IMG/VR virus record: IMGVR_UViG_3300024341_000001 | DNA from: a virus | Lineage: Duplodnaviria > Heunggongvirae > Uroviricota > Caudoviricetes | DNA: 64,000 nt | Strand: one strand, 5' to 3' | In this document: positions 18,868-30,800 of the stretch, piece by piece | How the letters are laid out: every line of letters begins with the position of its first letter | Numbering within the stretch: the stretch's first letter is position 1 | Translations under genes and position numbers: made by a program | The notes under the pieces: model-generated | What the model was told of the DNA's origin: nothing | The model's database searches: none | What the model saw: only the letters and a program-made list of their open reading frames with translations

Positions 18868-19845
18868 CTAAAGGGTATTTACCGTTTTTGCCGAATCGTA
18901 CTCTTGAATATTACTATTCAAGACGGCTCTTAAATCTGTTTTAATCTTTTCAATATCGTTATAAAAATCATATTCCCAAACTACTATATACTTATATCCT
19001 TTTGAAAGAAAGTATTTTTTCTTTCTAAAATCCTTCTCTATTGTGCACAGTTGTTTATTAGTTTTATCCGAGAAAAATCGATTATCTCCGTGCCAATACG
19101 ATCCGTGCATTTCCAAAATTATTTTTTTATCTATTAAAAAATCTAGTTGCCAACGATCAATTTTGACGTTATGTTCGAACGGAATTTTTAGTTCTTTTAA
19201 TATCTTCTTCATGTTCGCTTCCAACGAAGATGTATACTGAGGCAATGATAACAACTTCATACCGTATTTTTGAAGTTTATGATGTATACTTGCGGTACTT
19301 CGTCTCAATAAAATTGCCAGACTTTTTACATCTAGTCTTTTGTACCACTTTTTTAAAAGTGTTACATCTTTCTTCGACCACAAACAGTAAGTTTGATTTC
19401 GTTTCGGACCATTATTTTTGTGTAGATCTAAAGAATATGCGATTGTAGTTAATGCCGAAATGCTTTTATTTAACTGTAAAGATAATTCCCTATTCGGCAT
19501 GATTGCATAATTTTCTTTTAGAAACCACAGATCTTTTTCCGCCCATGCTATATTAGGTCTAGTTCTTTTTACAAGTTTAAATTTTCTAGCATATGCTGTT
19601 ATAGCAGCTTTTTTTCGCTTTAAAGCCTTGGTCAAAAAATTCCAGTTTCCATACTCATAATTTTCTTTAAGTATCTGTATATCTTTTTCAGACCATGTTT
19701 TATAGCTTCGAAGTTTTAGATTTTCGGCTTTATCTCGGATAGCCGTGTATGTTCGATTAAGTATTTTTGATAATTCTTTTGGTGTTTTACAATTATATTG
19801 ATCTTTTAGTATATTTAGTTCTTGTTCTGTCCAATGCTTTCCCAT
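18868..19845 (-). CDS. homing-endonuclease-like protein: Myb/SANT-like HTH repeats plus a C-terminal Vsr-like (PD-(D/E)xK) endonuclease domain
   Basis: Repeated W-x-E-x-L/I HTH modules. The C-terminus (ILEMHGSYWHGD...GYKYIVVWEYD) resembles Vsr (FVHGCFWHGH...GWRVLIVWE). Confidence 0.55.
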   Translation of the reverse strand: MGKHWTEQELNILKDQYNCKTPKELSKILNRTYTAIRDKAENLKLRSYKTWSEKDIQILKENYEYGNWNFLTKALKRKKAAITAYARKFKLVKRTRPNIAWAEKDLWFLKENYAIMPNRELSLQLNKSISALTTIAYSLDLHKNNGPKRNQTYCLWSKKDVTLLKKWYKRLDVKSLAILLRRSTASIHHKLQKYGMKLLSLPQYTSSLEANMKKILKELKIPFEHNVKIDRWQLDFLIDKKIILEMHGSYWHGDNRFFSDKTNKQLCTIEKDFRKKKYFLSKGYKYIVVWEYDFYNDIEKIKTDLRAVLNSNIQEYDSAKTVNTL

Positions 19846-20161
19846 ATAAATAATATACTAAAAGTTTTGATTAAAAGCAATTTTTGGGACCATCTGTTAT
19901 AAATATTATATCAGCCTTTTTCCACTGTTTTTCATCACCAATTTTAACCCTCGCCCAGTCTAACGGGGGCTCGAATTCTGTTCCCAATGTGTTATCGTCA
20001 AGTTTATTATCTTGACTTCTATAAGTTTCCTTATAGTTCAGCGTACATTTTCATCTCTAGAGATGTTCAGCACTCTTGGATAGATTATATTTATTCACTA
20101 TCTACGCGTTACAGTGACAATCTACCTTTCGTAATTAGATTGTTTACCTCGGTATTAACAA

Positions 20162-21106
20162 TTAAGTCTTCACCGATTTTGCTGAATTATATTCCTTGAT
20201 GTCACCATCAAGTACGGCTTGTATGCCTTTAGCAACTCGTGAAAAATCTTCATTTATATCTTTTTCCCACAGGATAATTAGCCTATATCCTTTGGAACGT
20301 AATAACTTGTATTTACGACGGTCCTTTATTAATACTTTTCTCTGTTTTATGTTTATTGGTTTACGAAAAATACGTCTATCACAGTGCCAATAAGATCCGT
20401 TAGTTTCTATAATAACATCATTATCTAATAAAAAATCAACTCGATAAGAGGCAATACGTACTTGTACATTGAAGTGTATATTTTGAGAATTCAAATAAAT
20501 TTTTAAATCATTCTCAAGATAAGATGTATTATTTTGCGTCAACCCTAATCGCGTTAATTTATGATCTACGGCCGCCCTGGTTTTACCTAATATTTTTGCC
20601 AGCGCTGAATGTTTTATTTTGGTATAATTCTTTTTTAGAAACTTTACATCTGTTGTTGACCACCATTTTGTACCATGTAACCGCATTGTACGTGCTTTGG
20701 CGCTAACTGTCGAAAAACTTTTGTCCGGGAATTTAGCATGAAATGCTTTGAAGCCTCCGGTTCGATAAACTTTTCTTAGATGATCTGTTTCTTCTTTAGT
20801 CCAGCGTCGAAAATATAAGTGTAATTTTGTCGCTTTATTTTTTACTGACATAATTTCACGTTTTAATGTCTTCGCGATTTCAGCAGGACTCATTTTTAAA
20901 TGATTATCTATAAGAAACTGTACCTCGGGTGCTAACCATTTATTCTTTTTAAATATCCCCCATTGAAGCGCTCGGTTATTTAACGTCTTAGGCTTTACTC
21001 CTAAGCGTTTGGCTAAAACTTTAGTACTTGTAATAGGATATAATTTTTTAATTAAAGATTTTTCTTTTTCTGAGTAATAATAATTGTTCATATTAATAAT
21101 ATACAA
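20162..21106 (-). CDS. paralogous homing-endonuclease-like protein (HTH repeats plus Vsr-like nuclease)
   Basis: IIETNGSYWHCD...GYRLIILWEKD; clear paralog of 18868-19845. Confidence 0.55.
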   Translation of the reverse strand: MYIINMNNYYYSEKEKSLIKKLYPITSTKVLAKRLGVKPKTLNNRALQWGIFKKNKWLAPEVQFLIDNHLKMSPAEIAKTLKREIMSVKNKATKLHLYFRRWTKEETDHLRKVYRTGGFKAFHAKFPDKSFSTVSAKARTMRLHGTKWWSTTDVKFLKKNYTKIKHSALAKILGKTRAAVDHKLTRLGLTQNNTSYLENDLKIYLNSQNIHFNVQVRIASYRVDFLLDNDVIIETNGSYWHCDRRIFRKPINIKQRKVLIKDRRKYKLLRSKGYRLIILWEKDINEDFSRVAKGIQAVLDGDIKEYNSAKSVKT

Positions 21107-21115
21107 AATATTTTG

Positions 21116-22393
21116 CTAAAATGCAAAATTTTTACCGTTTTCAAAGTAGCTCGCCATGTCCAGCATTTGTTCGACATCAAACAAGTTATCTTTGAGGAAT
21201 TCGTTGGTGTGAAGTTTTTCCATCCGGTATCCAGATGAAAAATGTATAACATAAAAATCTCTTTTTTGTTCTCGCGCTATCTCTAATAGCGCCAATGCTA
21301 CAGATTTTGCCCAGATCTCTGGAAGACCTGACATGCTGCCACTTTCGTCCATACAAACAATAATAGGCCCGCGAGCTTTTTTCTCTTTACCGCGGATTTC
21401 ATATATCAGGGTTTTACCTTCAATAAAATCTGCCTTGAACATTTTCTTTGTCAAAGGATGTTTAAGTCTCATCCATTCTGCAGGAATCAATCTTCCTAGA
21501 TCCTTTCCTTGAGTAATAGAATGTTGTTCATCCATTCCTTGTTTTACTTTCTCGCGTTTTGTTTGTAGAGCAAGTCGACGATATCTTCCGGCCAATCTTG
21601 CGATTTGCTGTAGTTTTGCGCTGGATCTGAGTTTATTTAGTAATTCCATTTTCTGGTTAACAGGTTTCTTCGAGTAAGCTCCACTACGCTCGAGACCCCA
21701 ATTACTGATTATCTCCGATGTTTCGCGCACCGAATCTTTTACTTTGGAAGTGATTCTTTCAATACCTTGTTCGAATTTTCTATCTTCCATGGCCATCTGA
21801 AATTTTTTCATTGCTTCCTCATAAGCTTTCATAGCCTCTTCGAGGGTGAGTTTTTCAGACGTTTTACTTTTAACGTTGCCAGATCCGCCAGCTTCGGTAT
21901 CAGTCTCGGCCTCGCCATCGCCTTCTTCCTGTGCCGCATCAGTTAGATCTGCGGCAGCCTGTTGTAAGGCGCTTAGTGCTTCACGTTGTTCCTTTAACTC
22001 TTTTAGCCATTCCATGAGTTGTTGTGACATCACTTCGGTTCCCAGTGCGCTTGACAACTCATCAAGCCTGGTCATCACACGTAATTCTTCATATCGTGCG
22101 CTTTCCATCAATTTCTTTGCTATTTCGCGGTTGAGCATGAAGTCGGGCTTCATTTGCCATTCGTCTACAATTTCAGGTTCATTTTTATATAATGCATCAA
22201 ATGTATCTTGTAGTAATTCTGGAAATTGTGGGTAGTCTTTGACCCCAAGTTCTTCCGTATCTAGTAATTCTTTGCTTCGTTCTTTTATGTGCTTGAATTT
22301 TTCCAGATCGAATGAATCATGTGATATGGAGTATTTATCACCCTTACGTATCTTATCTAGTAAATTACGTGTTTTCTTATTTAAAGATATCAT
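21116..22393 (-). CDS. vWA domain protein (partner of the MoxR ATPase)
   Basis: C-terminal MIDAS motif IIVCMDESGSMSG. Confidence 0.6.
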   Translation of the reverse strand: MISLNKKTRNLLDKIRKGDKYSISHDSFDLEKFKHIKERSKELLDTEELGVKDYPQFPELLQDTFDALYKNEPEIVDEWQMKPDFMLNREIAKKLMESARYEELRVMTRLDELSSALGTEVMSQQLMEWLKELKEQREALSALQQAAADLTDAAQEEGDGEAETDTEAGGSGNVKSKTSEKLTLEEAMKAYEEAMKKFQMAMEDRKFEQGIERITSKVKDSVRETSEIISNWGLERSGAYSKKPVNQKMELLNKLRSSAKLQQIARLAGRYRRLALQTKREKVKQGMDEQHSITQGKDLGRLIPAEWMRLKHPLTKKMFKADFIEGKTLIYEIRGKEKKARGPIIVCMDESGSMSGLPEIWAKSVALALLEIAREQKRDFYVIHFSSGYRMEKLHTNEFLKDNLFDVEQMLDMASYFENGKNFAF

Positions 22394-23535
22394 GAATTAA
22401 GGACACCTAGTTCATCTACAAGAAGTTGTTTTTTGAAACTTTCGATTTCTTTTTCCACTGTCGCTATTTCATCCAATGAGGTACCTCTTTGTGCCATGAT
22501 ATTTTTTAACGTGGTAACTTCGGTTGTTGCGTCCTTTAGCTTATGGATTGCTTCCATAGCCTCACTGTGGCGTTCTTTTCCAGCTTTCTTGGCAAATACT
22601 TTCGAGTATGTTTCCCGACACATTTCCAAGATTTCAAGTATGCGTTTCTTTTCAGGCGCAATAATATCGAGTATTAAAGATTGTGCTTTTTTCTTCTGAT
22701 CAGGTATAGTCCAAACAATGTGTTTTAGTACTTCAAAGTCTGGTGTATCTATCTTTTTGCGACCGTTAAGCCATGCTTGCGCCTTTAGCAGTCCTATAAT
22801 AAGTTTATAAGTACGATCACTAACATGAAAAGACTCCATAAATAAGGTTTTTCGCATTTTAACATATAGCTGTTGCATTTCCGATGGAAATAAAATTTCC
22901 TTTACTTCACTTTGTGCCTTTATGATGTCTTCTTTGGTAACAGTATTTTTTGGAGGGGTATCTAAATCACTACCCAACATTCTAAGAAAGTTGCCTTCTT
23001 CTTTTATATATTCCACATGATACTTCAGTAAGAATCGATCGAAGAACGCATCAAGGTTATCATCTGAATCCGGTACTTCATTGGATGCACCGGCGATGGT
23101 AAACAAATTTAATTTGGTAGGGGTAATATCGTTATAAAATATTCGCTCATTGAGAATTGTCAACATTGAATTCAAAATACTACTGTTGGCCTTAAAAATT
23201 TCATCGATAAAAGCAGTATTGATTTCTGGATCACCTAATTTTCCATCCGTCACTCGTATATATCTATCGTCTTCGATGGCCTTAAATGATGGTGGACCAA
23301 ACATTTCTTCGGGAGTAGAGAATTTAGTTAGCAGCCGCTCAAAATACTTTGCGCCTGTAATTCTATAATTCCACTGTTTTATCAATGCAGATTTTGCCAC
23401 ACCTGCGGGGCCTAATAATAATACATTTGTTTTAGCTAAAGTAGCTAAAATAATTCCTCTTATGGGATCATTTCGTTCAACGAAGAGCCCATTCAACTCG
23501 CGTTCAACTTCTAAAAATTTTTCGTTTAAGTTCAT
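22390..23535 (-). CDS. MoxR-like AAA+ ATPase
   Basis: Walker A LLLGPAGVAKSALI; typical MoxR size and architecture; overlaps the downstream vWA gene. Confidence 0.6.
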   Translation of the reverse strand: MNLNEKFLEVERELNGLFVERNDPIRGIILATLAKTNVLLLGPAGVAKSALIKQWNYRITGAKYFERLLTKFSTPEEMFGPPSFKAIEDDRYIRVTDGKLGDPEINTAFIDEIFKANSSILNSMLTILNERIFYNDITPTKLNLFTIAGASNEVPDSDDNLDAFFDRFLLKYHVEYIKEEGNFLRMLGSDLDTPPKNTVTKEDIIKAQSEVKEILFPSEMQQLYVKMRKTLFMESFHVSDRTYKLIIGLLKAQAWLNGRKKIDTPDFEVLKHIVWTIPDQKKKAQSLILDIIAPEKKRILEILEMCRETYSKVFAKKAGKERHSEAMEAIHKLKDATTEVTTLKNIMAQRGTSLDEIATVEKEIESFKKQLLVDELGVLNS

Positions 23536-24074
23536 GTTTTTAAAAACTCCATACCAGACATCATCTTCATTTGAAGAATAGTGCTAGCATAATTGGGACC
23601 AAAGGTCATGACTGTTCCCATGACTTCTAATTGTACCTTCATCCATCTCTCAAACTCTTTACGCATCTCGGGCGAAATCAGGCCCCTTGTGGAAAACTGT
23701 AAAAAAGTGTCATCATTTCTACCTTTTACTACTATGGTAGTTACAGGCGCAGCCGCAAGTGGATCAACACCAAACTGTCTTATTATCTCCGTTCTTTCCT
23801 CTGTTGATATCGGTGGAGTATCTATCTGTGGTTGTGTTGGAGCCGAACTATTTGTCATTGTCTGTAATGATTGAGTTTTTAATTGTGTTTCTAGTTCCTT
23901 ATAACCAGCTACACGTCCATACGTACCAGGATCCGGTGTTGTTGCTTCTTCACCGATTTCCTTTAAATACACTGCTAAGCAAATCCAGCACATCTGGACT
24001 TTCTTAGCTTCTTCTTCGTCAGTTAATTCCCGTTTACATTTTGGGCATAGACGATTTCTTGCTTGTACTGCCAT
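23532..24074 (-). CDS. zinc-ribbon protein
   Basis: CPKCK...CWIC; the start is revised to the internal Met. Confidence 0.35.
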   Translation of the reverse strand: MAVQARNRLCPKCKRELTDEEEAKKVQMCWICLAVYLKEIGEEATTPDPGTYGRVAGYKELETQLKTQSLQTMTNSSAPTQPQIDTPPISTEERTEIIRQFGVDPLAAAPVTTIVVKGRNDDTFLQFSTRGLISPEMRKEFERWMKVQLEVMGTVMTFGPNYASTILQMKMMSGMEFLKT

Positions 24075-24112
24075 AGTAAAATGTCCTAAGACATTAAATC
24101 TTATACCAAAAA

Positions 24113-24150
24113 AAAAGAACAGTAAATACTTATTACTGTCCTTTCTAACC
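24113..24150. terminator. rho-independent terminator
   Basis: A9-G-AACAGTAA-atactta-TTACTGT followed by a pyrimidine-rich tract. Confidence 0.4.
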
Positions 24151-24303
24151 GAAATTACGGTCTCCATCCACCATCAAGGATATAATAGGTATCCATGGTG
24201 ACCTCCTATACTCTAAGAGGTGAGTGGACAGCGATCCGGATTGGAACACTGTACAGCGTCGCTGATGAGCAGATGTCAGTCGACTGAATAGTTGACGAAG
24301 TTA

Positions 24304-24723
24304 TTACGTCGTGGGATCTTTTGAGCCCGGTCCCAAAGGAGCTTTTTTGTCAGTAGAGCAAGCAGAATTAAAAATATCCTTCATAGGATTTACCTGAGCC
24401 CTTCCGTGTTGTGTGTTCTTTAAAAAAGCAACTATCAAGTCGGAAGTAATAGGTTTATTATTTTTATTCTTGTCATCTACATATTGTTCTATGTTGGTTA
24501 ATGCCCAACTAAACGTAGCCGCAGATTTATAAGCTTCTTGTTGTTTGATCGCGTCACGTATCTTAATAATACGCCTTGCAAGTTCCGCATAATTAATTAT
24601 TGCTCCGCAATCTTTAAAACATCCAGCTATACATTCCCGCGTCAATTTGCTGTCCCCTTTTTCACAGACAAGATCAACCCACTCATCTATAGTCTTGGGG
24701 ACGTTATTAGTGGATTCAGCCAT
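24304..24723 (-). CDS. hypothetical protein
   Basis: ORF only. Confidence 0.4.
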   Translation of the reverse strand: MAESTNNVPKTIDEWVDLVCEKGDSKLTRECIAGCFKDCGAIINYAELARRIIKIRDAIKQQEAYKSAATFSWALTNIEQYVDDKNKNNKPITSDLIVAFLKNTQHGRAQVNPMKDIFNSACSTDKKAPLGPGSKDPTT

Positions 24724-24780
24724 TTATCACCTTGCTTTCGTAATTACCGTATAGTTCTCACATATTCTTATACCAAAAGA

Positions 24781-24809
24781 CTTGATTTTGTTTTATATAT
24801 ATATTATAA
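24781..24809 (+). promoter_or_regulatory. strong sigma70-like promoter TTGATT-N17-TATAAT for the RNAP gene
   Basis: Consensus hexamers with exact 17-nt spacing, followed by AGGAG and an ATG 20 nt downstream. Confidence 0.55.
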
Positions 24810-24829
24810 TATACTATTAGGAGAATATT

Positions 24830-27800
24830 ATGCCATTATCCATACCAGTACATGCTGAATCACGTGGTAGCGCAGAAAACAAACTGAATCCGGCGCGTCA
24901 AAATGAATTCATTCAAAATGCTTTACAACAATCTATAAAAAGACAATTTCCTGTTATCGGCACACATCATACCTTGGAACTAATCGGATCGCCAAAGATA
25001 AAAGATGTGCTGGACGACCGGGATTTACCAGCCCAAAAAGAGACTAAGTTACTTGGAAAAACCTGGCAAATACCTGTTTATGCTTCGTTCCGTTTGCGAG
25101 ATAATCAAACAAACATGATTATAGATGAAATAAAAGATATGAAGATAGCAAATATTCCAAAACTTACCGACAGATTTTCAATGATCATAGGTGGTAACGA
25201 ATATACTACTATAAATCAATTTCGTCTAAAGCCCGGAGTTTATACACGACAAAAAGAAAATGGTGAAATGGAATCGTTCTTTAATCTTGCTGTCGGTTAT
25301 AATTTTAAAATGGAATTGGATCCGGCTGAAGGTGTATTTTATCTTTATGTAGCAAAACAACGTTTTCATCTTTATACATTATTAAATGCCTTAGGTACTA
25401 CGCAGCAAGAAATGATAAAGGCGTGGGGGCAAGAGCTGTTTGACAAAAACAAGGCGGCGGGAATAAATGAAGCAGAAAAAGAAATACCGTTATTATATGA
25501 GAAATTAAGACGGCAACGATTAGGATATAACGAAGCGTTAGAAAATATACGTACATATTTTGACGATACTAGAATGGATCCGGAGGTAACAAAAATAACA
25601 TTAGGTGATTCGTATGATCGAGTATCACCGACCGCCCTACTGGCCAGCGCAACTAAATTATTAAAAGTTATGAAAGGTGAGACTCCTGAAGATGAGCGTG
25701 ATTCATTGTTGTTTAAACAATTATACACGGTAGACGAACAATTAGAAGAATACTTTTCTAAAACAACAAAGGATGTAGTCAAAAATTTGCGTTATCGCAC
25801 AGATAATAAAAAGAACATACGAGAAATTATTTCTACTGATACTTATACGGAACCAATACGAAAATTTTTCACAACAGGTGACTTGAGTAATCCTTCTCCT
25901 CAAACTAATCCAGTGGAGATGGCCTCGGAATGGAGAAAGACAACCGTAACCGGTACTGGTGCCATACAATCCGAACATTCAATAACTTTTAAAACACGTG
26001 ATGTACATCCAACGCATCTAGGATATTTAGATCCATTGCATACTCCCGAAGGTCATAAAGTCGGCGTTACTTTAAGTCTAGGATTAGGAGTAAGAAAACG
26101 CGGTAAAGATTTAACTACTACTATCATAATGCCAAATGGCACACAGAAAGAAGTTACTCCAATCGAGTTTTATGACATGAAAATTGGATATCCGGATCAA
26201 CATGAAAAAGGGAGAGCTCAGCACGATCAAATAAAAATAATGTATCGCGGGCAAGTCGATGAAGTGCCAAAATCGGAAGTAGATGCTTACTTGCTTGATC
26301 CAACATCTATGTTTGGCTGGACAACAAATTTAATACCATTTCTGGGCACAAATTCAGGAAACCGCGCTGCAGTTGCGGCAAAAATGGCAAGTCAGGCGGT
26401 ACCATTAAAAAATGCAGAAAGCCCATTAGTAAAAGTACAGGCTCCGAGCGGGCGTACAATGGACGAAATACTTGGTATGATCGCCACTACAAGAATCAGG
26501 GATGATGTGGGCAAAGGCGTAGTTACTGCTGTAGATAAAGATTACATTACTATAAAAACAGATGCAGGTGAAAAACATAAAATTGGTTTATATAATGATT
26601 TTCCGCTTAACCAAGATAGTTTCTTACAATCGACCCCGCTAGTAAAGCCAGGAGATCGTATAAAACCTTTTGATGTACTGGCAAAAAATAATTTTACAGA
26701 TGCATCTGGTAATTATGCTTATGGCATCAATGCTACTGTGGCTTATATGCCATGGTATGGATATAATTTTGAAGACGGTATAGTTGTGACCGAATCATTA
26801 GCCAATAAATTAACATCAACAGTAATATTAAAGAAAAGTCTGCAAACAAGCGCGACCGGTATATTAGATAAACAAAAATTTGTTTCGTATTTTCCAGAAA
26901 AAATTAACAACATAAACCTTGCAAAACTTGATGAAACTGGTGTAATAAAAGAGGGTGAACGCGTTCTCCCAGGCGAGGTACTGATAGCATATCTTTCTCG
27001 CGTGGAATTGACGGATACCGAAAAAATATTAAAACAGATGCACAAAGTAATATCTAATCCATATCGTGATCGTTCTTTAATATGGGATGGAGAACATGAA
27101 GGCATTATAAAATATGTTCGTAGAATAGGTAATTCTATTATAGTGTGGATTTATGAAGAACAACCTTTAGTCGTTGGTGACAAATTAGCTGCACGTTATG
27201 GAGACAAAGGTATAGTAACAAAAATTATATCAGATGACGAAGCTCCATATACAAAAGATGGCACACGTATAGATATTTTATTCAACCCTCATGGTGTAGT
27301 GGGTCGTATGAATATGGGTCAGATGCTTGAGACCGCTGCAGGAAAAATAGCTTATAAAACTGGGAAACCATATATTGTAAAAAACTTCTCTGGCGAAGAT
27401 TACTTAAAGAATATTATAGGGGAACTGAAAAATAATAAGATCCCCGCCGAAGAAATTTTATACACCAAAGATGGCAAACCGATGACAAAGGCCCCTGTAT
27501 TCTGGGGTGTAAAATATTATCTCAAACTATTACACATAGTAGAGCATAAATTTAAGAGTCGTGATATCCCTGGAACATATGATGCAAACGAACAACCTGC
27601 AAAGGGAGAAGAGGGTGGGCAATCAATAGATCCTCTACAAACATACGCATTACTGGCGCACGGTGCCAGACAGAATTTATTTGAATTTGCGGCGGTGAAA
27701 TCTCAGAAAAACGATGAGTACTGGCGTAATCTTCAATTAGGCTTTCCTCCACCAAGGCCGCAAAAAAACTTTGTATTCGATAAAATGTTATCATATATGA

Positions 27801-30800
27801 AGGCTGCCGGTATTAATGTATCTAAAAATGGTTACAAAATGAAGTTATTTCCGGCTACGACAAAAGACGTTTTGACGTGGAGTTCTGGAGAAATAAAAGA
27901 TGCGGGACATATGTTGCGTGGAAAAGATCTCGCAGAAATAGAAGGAGGTCTTTTTGATCCAAAGTTAACTGGTGGTGGACTAAAAGGTACAAATTGGAAT
28001 CATATGCTATTAGCTGAACCTATGCCCAATCCTATATTTGAATCAGCTATACAATCATTAATAGGATTAAATGGTCGACAATATGATCAGGTTATGAGAG
28101 AAGAGCTACAAATCGACGGCTTAACTGGAACAAAATTAATACATAAGTTACTAAGAAATATAGATGTGCCCAAAGAGCTGTTAAAAACTCGCAAAGCCCT
28201 ACAGACCGCGGGGCCGACTCAAGTAAATATGTTAAATAAAAGAGTTAGATATTTACAAGTGCTTAAAGATTTTAAGTTGGCTCCAGAAGAAGCTTACATT
28301 ATGAAGGCTATCCCAGTGTTGCCCCCGATTTTCAGACCGATCTATCCATTACCATCGGGAGATTTACAGGTATCGCCTGTAAATAAGCATTACCATAATA
28401 TTTCACTTATAAATAATCAGCTGAAGGAAATTAAAAAATCTGGTGTTGACCCTACAGAATTTAACAAAACCAACCGCGTTGCTTTATATCAAGGCCTGCG
28501 CGCGCTGGATGGGTTAATTGATCCAATAACCTATACTCGTGAAAAATATGAAGGATTGTTAAAGACGTTGGCGGGAGATTCTCCAAAAGAAGGTTTCATA
28601 CAGAATAAAGTTTGGGGCCGTCGACAAGATTTATCTGCGCGATCAACAGTAACTGTAGAACCATCTATAGGTATCGATCAGATCGGTTTACCTGAACCAA
28701 TGCTTCGTAGTATTATGAAGCCATTTGTTATACGTGAATTAGTTCGACAGGGCTATAAACCGATAGAAGCGATAAAACAATATCGAGAATGGTCTCCTAT
28801 CGCGGATCAAGCTTTAAATGTAGTAATAAAAGAACGTCCGGTATTAATGAATCGTGCACCTTCATTACATAAACATAATGTGCAAGCTTTTTATCCGGAA
28901 CGTTTTGACGGTATGAGTATCCGAGTCAATCCATTAATTGTAAAAGGATTAAATATGGACTTCGATGGAGATACTGCAAGCATACATGTTCCGGTATCAG
29001 AGGCAGCAGTAAATGAAGCCAAAGATATGTTGCCAAGTAAAAATCTACATAAAGCAGGTGATAAAGAACATATGCATCAGCTGAGTCAGGATTATCAGCT
29101 TGGATTATATTTTTTAACAGTTCCAGGTAAAAATACTCGTAGAACATTTAAAACAGCAAAGGATGCATTACGTGCTGGATTAGATATGCAAGATCAATTT
29201 ATAATGCATGGTAAAACTATAACGCTAGGAAAATTACTAGTTAATAGCGCCCTACCAAAAGAATTGCAGGATTATAAACAAGAATTTGATTCTAAATATG
29301 TAAAAAATCTAATTGACGTGTTGTACAAAAATCATCCTAACGAATTTGGAAAAATTATGGATCATTTTAAAAACGTTGGAAGACAATATGCCATAGATCG
29401 TGGAAGCACCCTTTCAATAACAGATTTAGCTATTGATCGCTCATTTAGAGATAGAATATTAAATAAGTACGAGAAACAAATTACTTCTAAAACACCTGCG
29501 GAAAAGCGTATAGAATTATATATGGCCGCAAAAAAAGAAATACAGCACGAACAAGATAAGGAATTAAAAGATAAAAATAGATTCTATGATATGCTACGAA
29601 GTGGAAGTACTAATAAAGCTGGGCAAATAACACAAATATTATCAATGCCTGGTGTAGTAGAAGACGTTCACGGTAATCCTATTCCATTTCCGATAAAAAA
29701 ATCGTGGTCAGAAGGAGTAGATACGTTCGATTATTGGAATCAATCTTATGGCGCTAGAAAAGGCGTTGTAGATAAATCTATCAATACTCAGGAAAGCGGT
29801 GGACTAAATAAAGAGTTGTTATTCAATACCAAAAACTTATTAGTAGTAGAAGATGATTGCGGCACACCAGAATATATAGAAATAGCTATTGACAGTAAAG
29901 AAATATTTGACAGATATTTGGCAAAAACAATTGGTGGTGTAGGTGTACGTAATGAATTAGTTGATGTAGATTTAATTAACAAGGCAAGACGTAAAAAGAT
30001 TGAGTTACTTCCGGTACGTTCTCCTTTATTGTGTGAATCGGATGGCGGTGTATGCATTAAATGTTATGGACTAATGGCCAACGGAACCCCGCCACGTATC
30101 GGCGAAAATGTTGGTATATTAGACGCAGAAGCTATCACCGAGCGTTCCACACAACTAACATTGCAGACATTTCATACAGGCGGAGTAGCTGGTACTAAAG
30201 GAGGTATTTTGGCCGGATTCCCTCGTTTGAAGGAATTATTATATGTTCCTCAAACCGTCGTAGATAAAGCAGTGTTAGCAGAAGAGGCGGGAATTGTAAA
30301 ATCTATTTTACCGAATCCAGCCGGCGGTCATGATTTGTATATTCAAGACAAACGATATTATATACCACACGGATTGACAATTAAAGTTTCTGTTGGGCAA
30401 ACTATAAAGAAGGGTGATGCACTAACCATGGGTAGTATAAAACCGCAAGAGCTTTCGCAATTAAAGGATCATTTGACAGCGCAATTATACACGGCCGATG
30501 AAATAAACAATATATATGATAAAAAGTTTGCACGAAAATCAATCGAGACGGTAATAAGAGGAACTAGTAATTTTGCAGAAATAACTGATATACCGACCGA
30601 TACTCCAGTAACCTGGCTACGTGGTGATACAGTACCTGTTACAGCGGTGAAAAAAATAAACCGTGAATTGGCTTTAAATGGAAAACCATTAATAGCATAT
30701 ACACCATTCTTCAAAAGTATTGATGTCTTGCCATTGGAGTCAGAAGATTGGTTAAGTCGCTTAACAACCAACAGATTAAAACAAACCATTCAGGAGGGGG

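Noticed and set aside
25372-30789. Antisense ORFs inside the RNAP gene (25372-25782, 25742-25978, 26743-27105, 27552-27794, 28926-29147, 29788-30057, 30469-30789)
   Set aside because: They are embedded opposite a strongly conserved coding frame, have low-complexity Ser/Asn-rich composition and no RBS, and are judged spurious.
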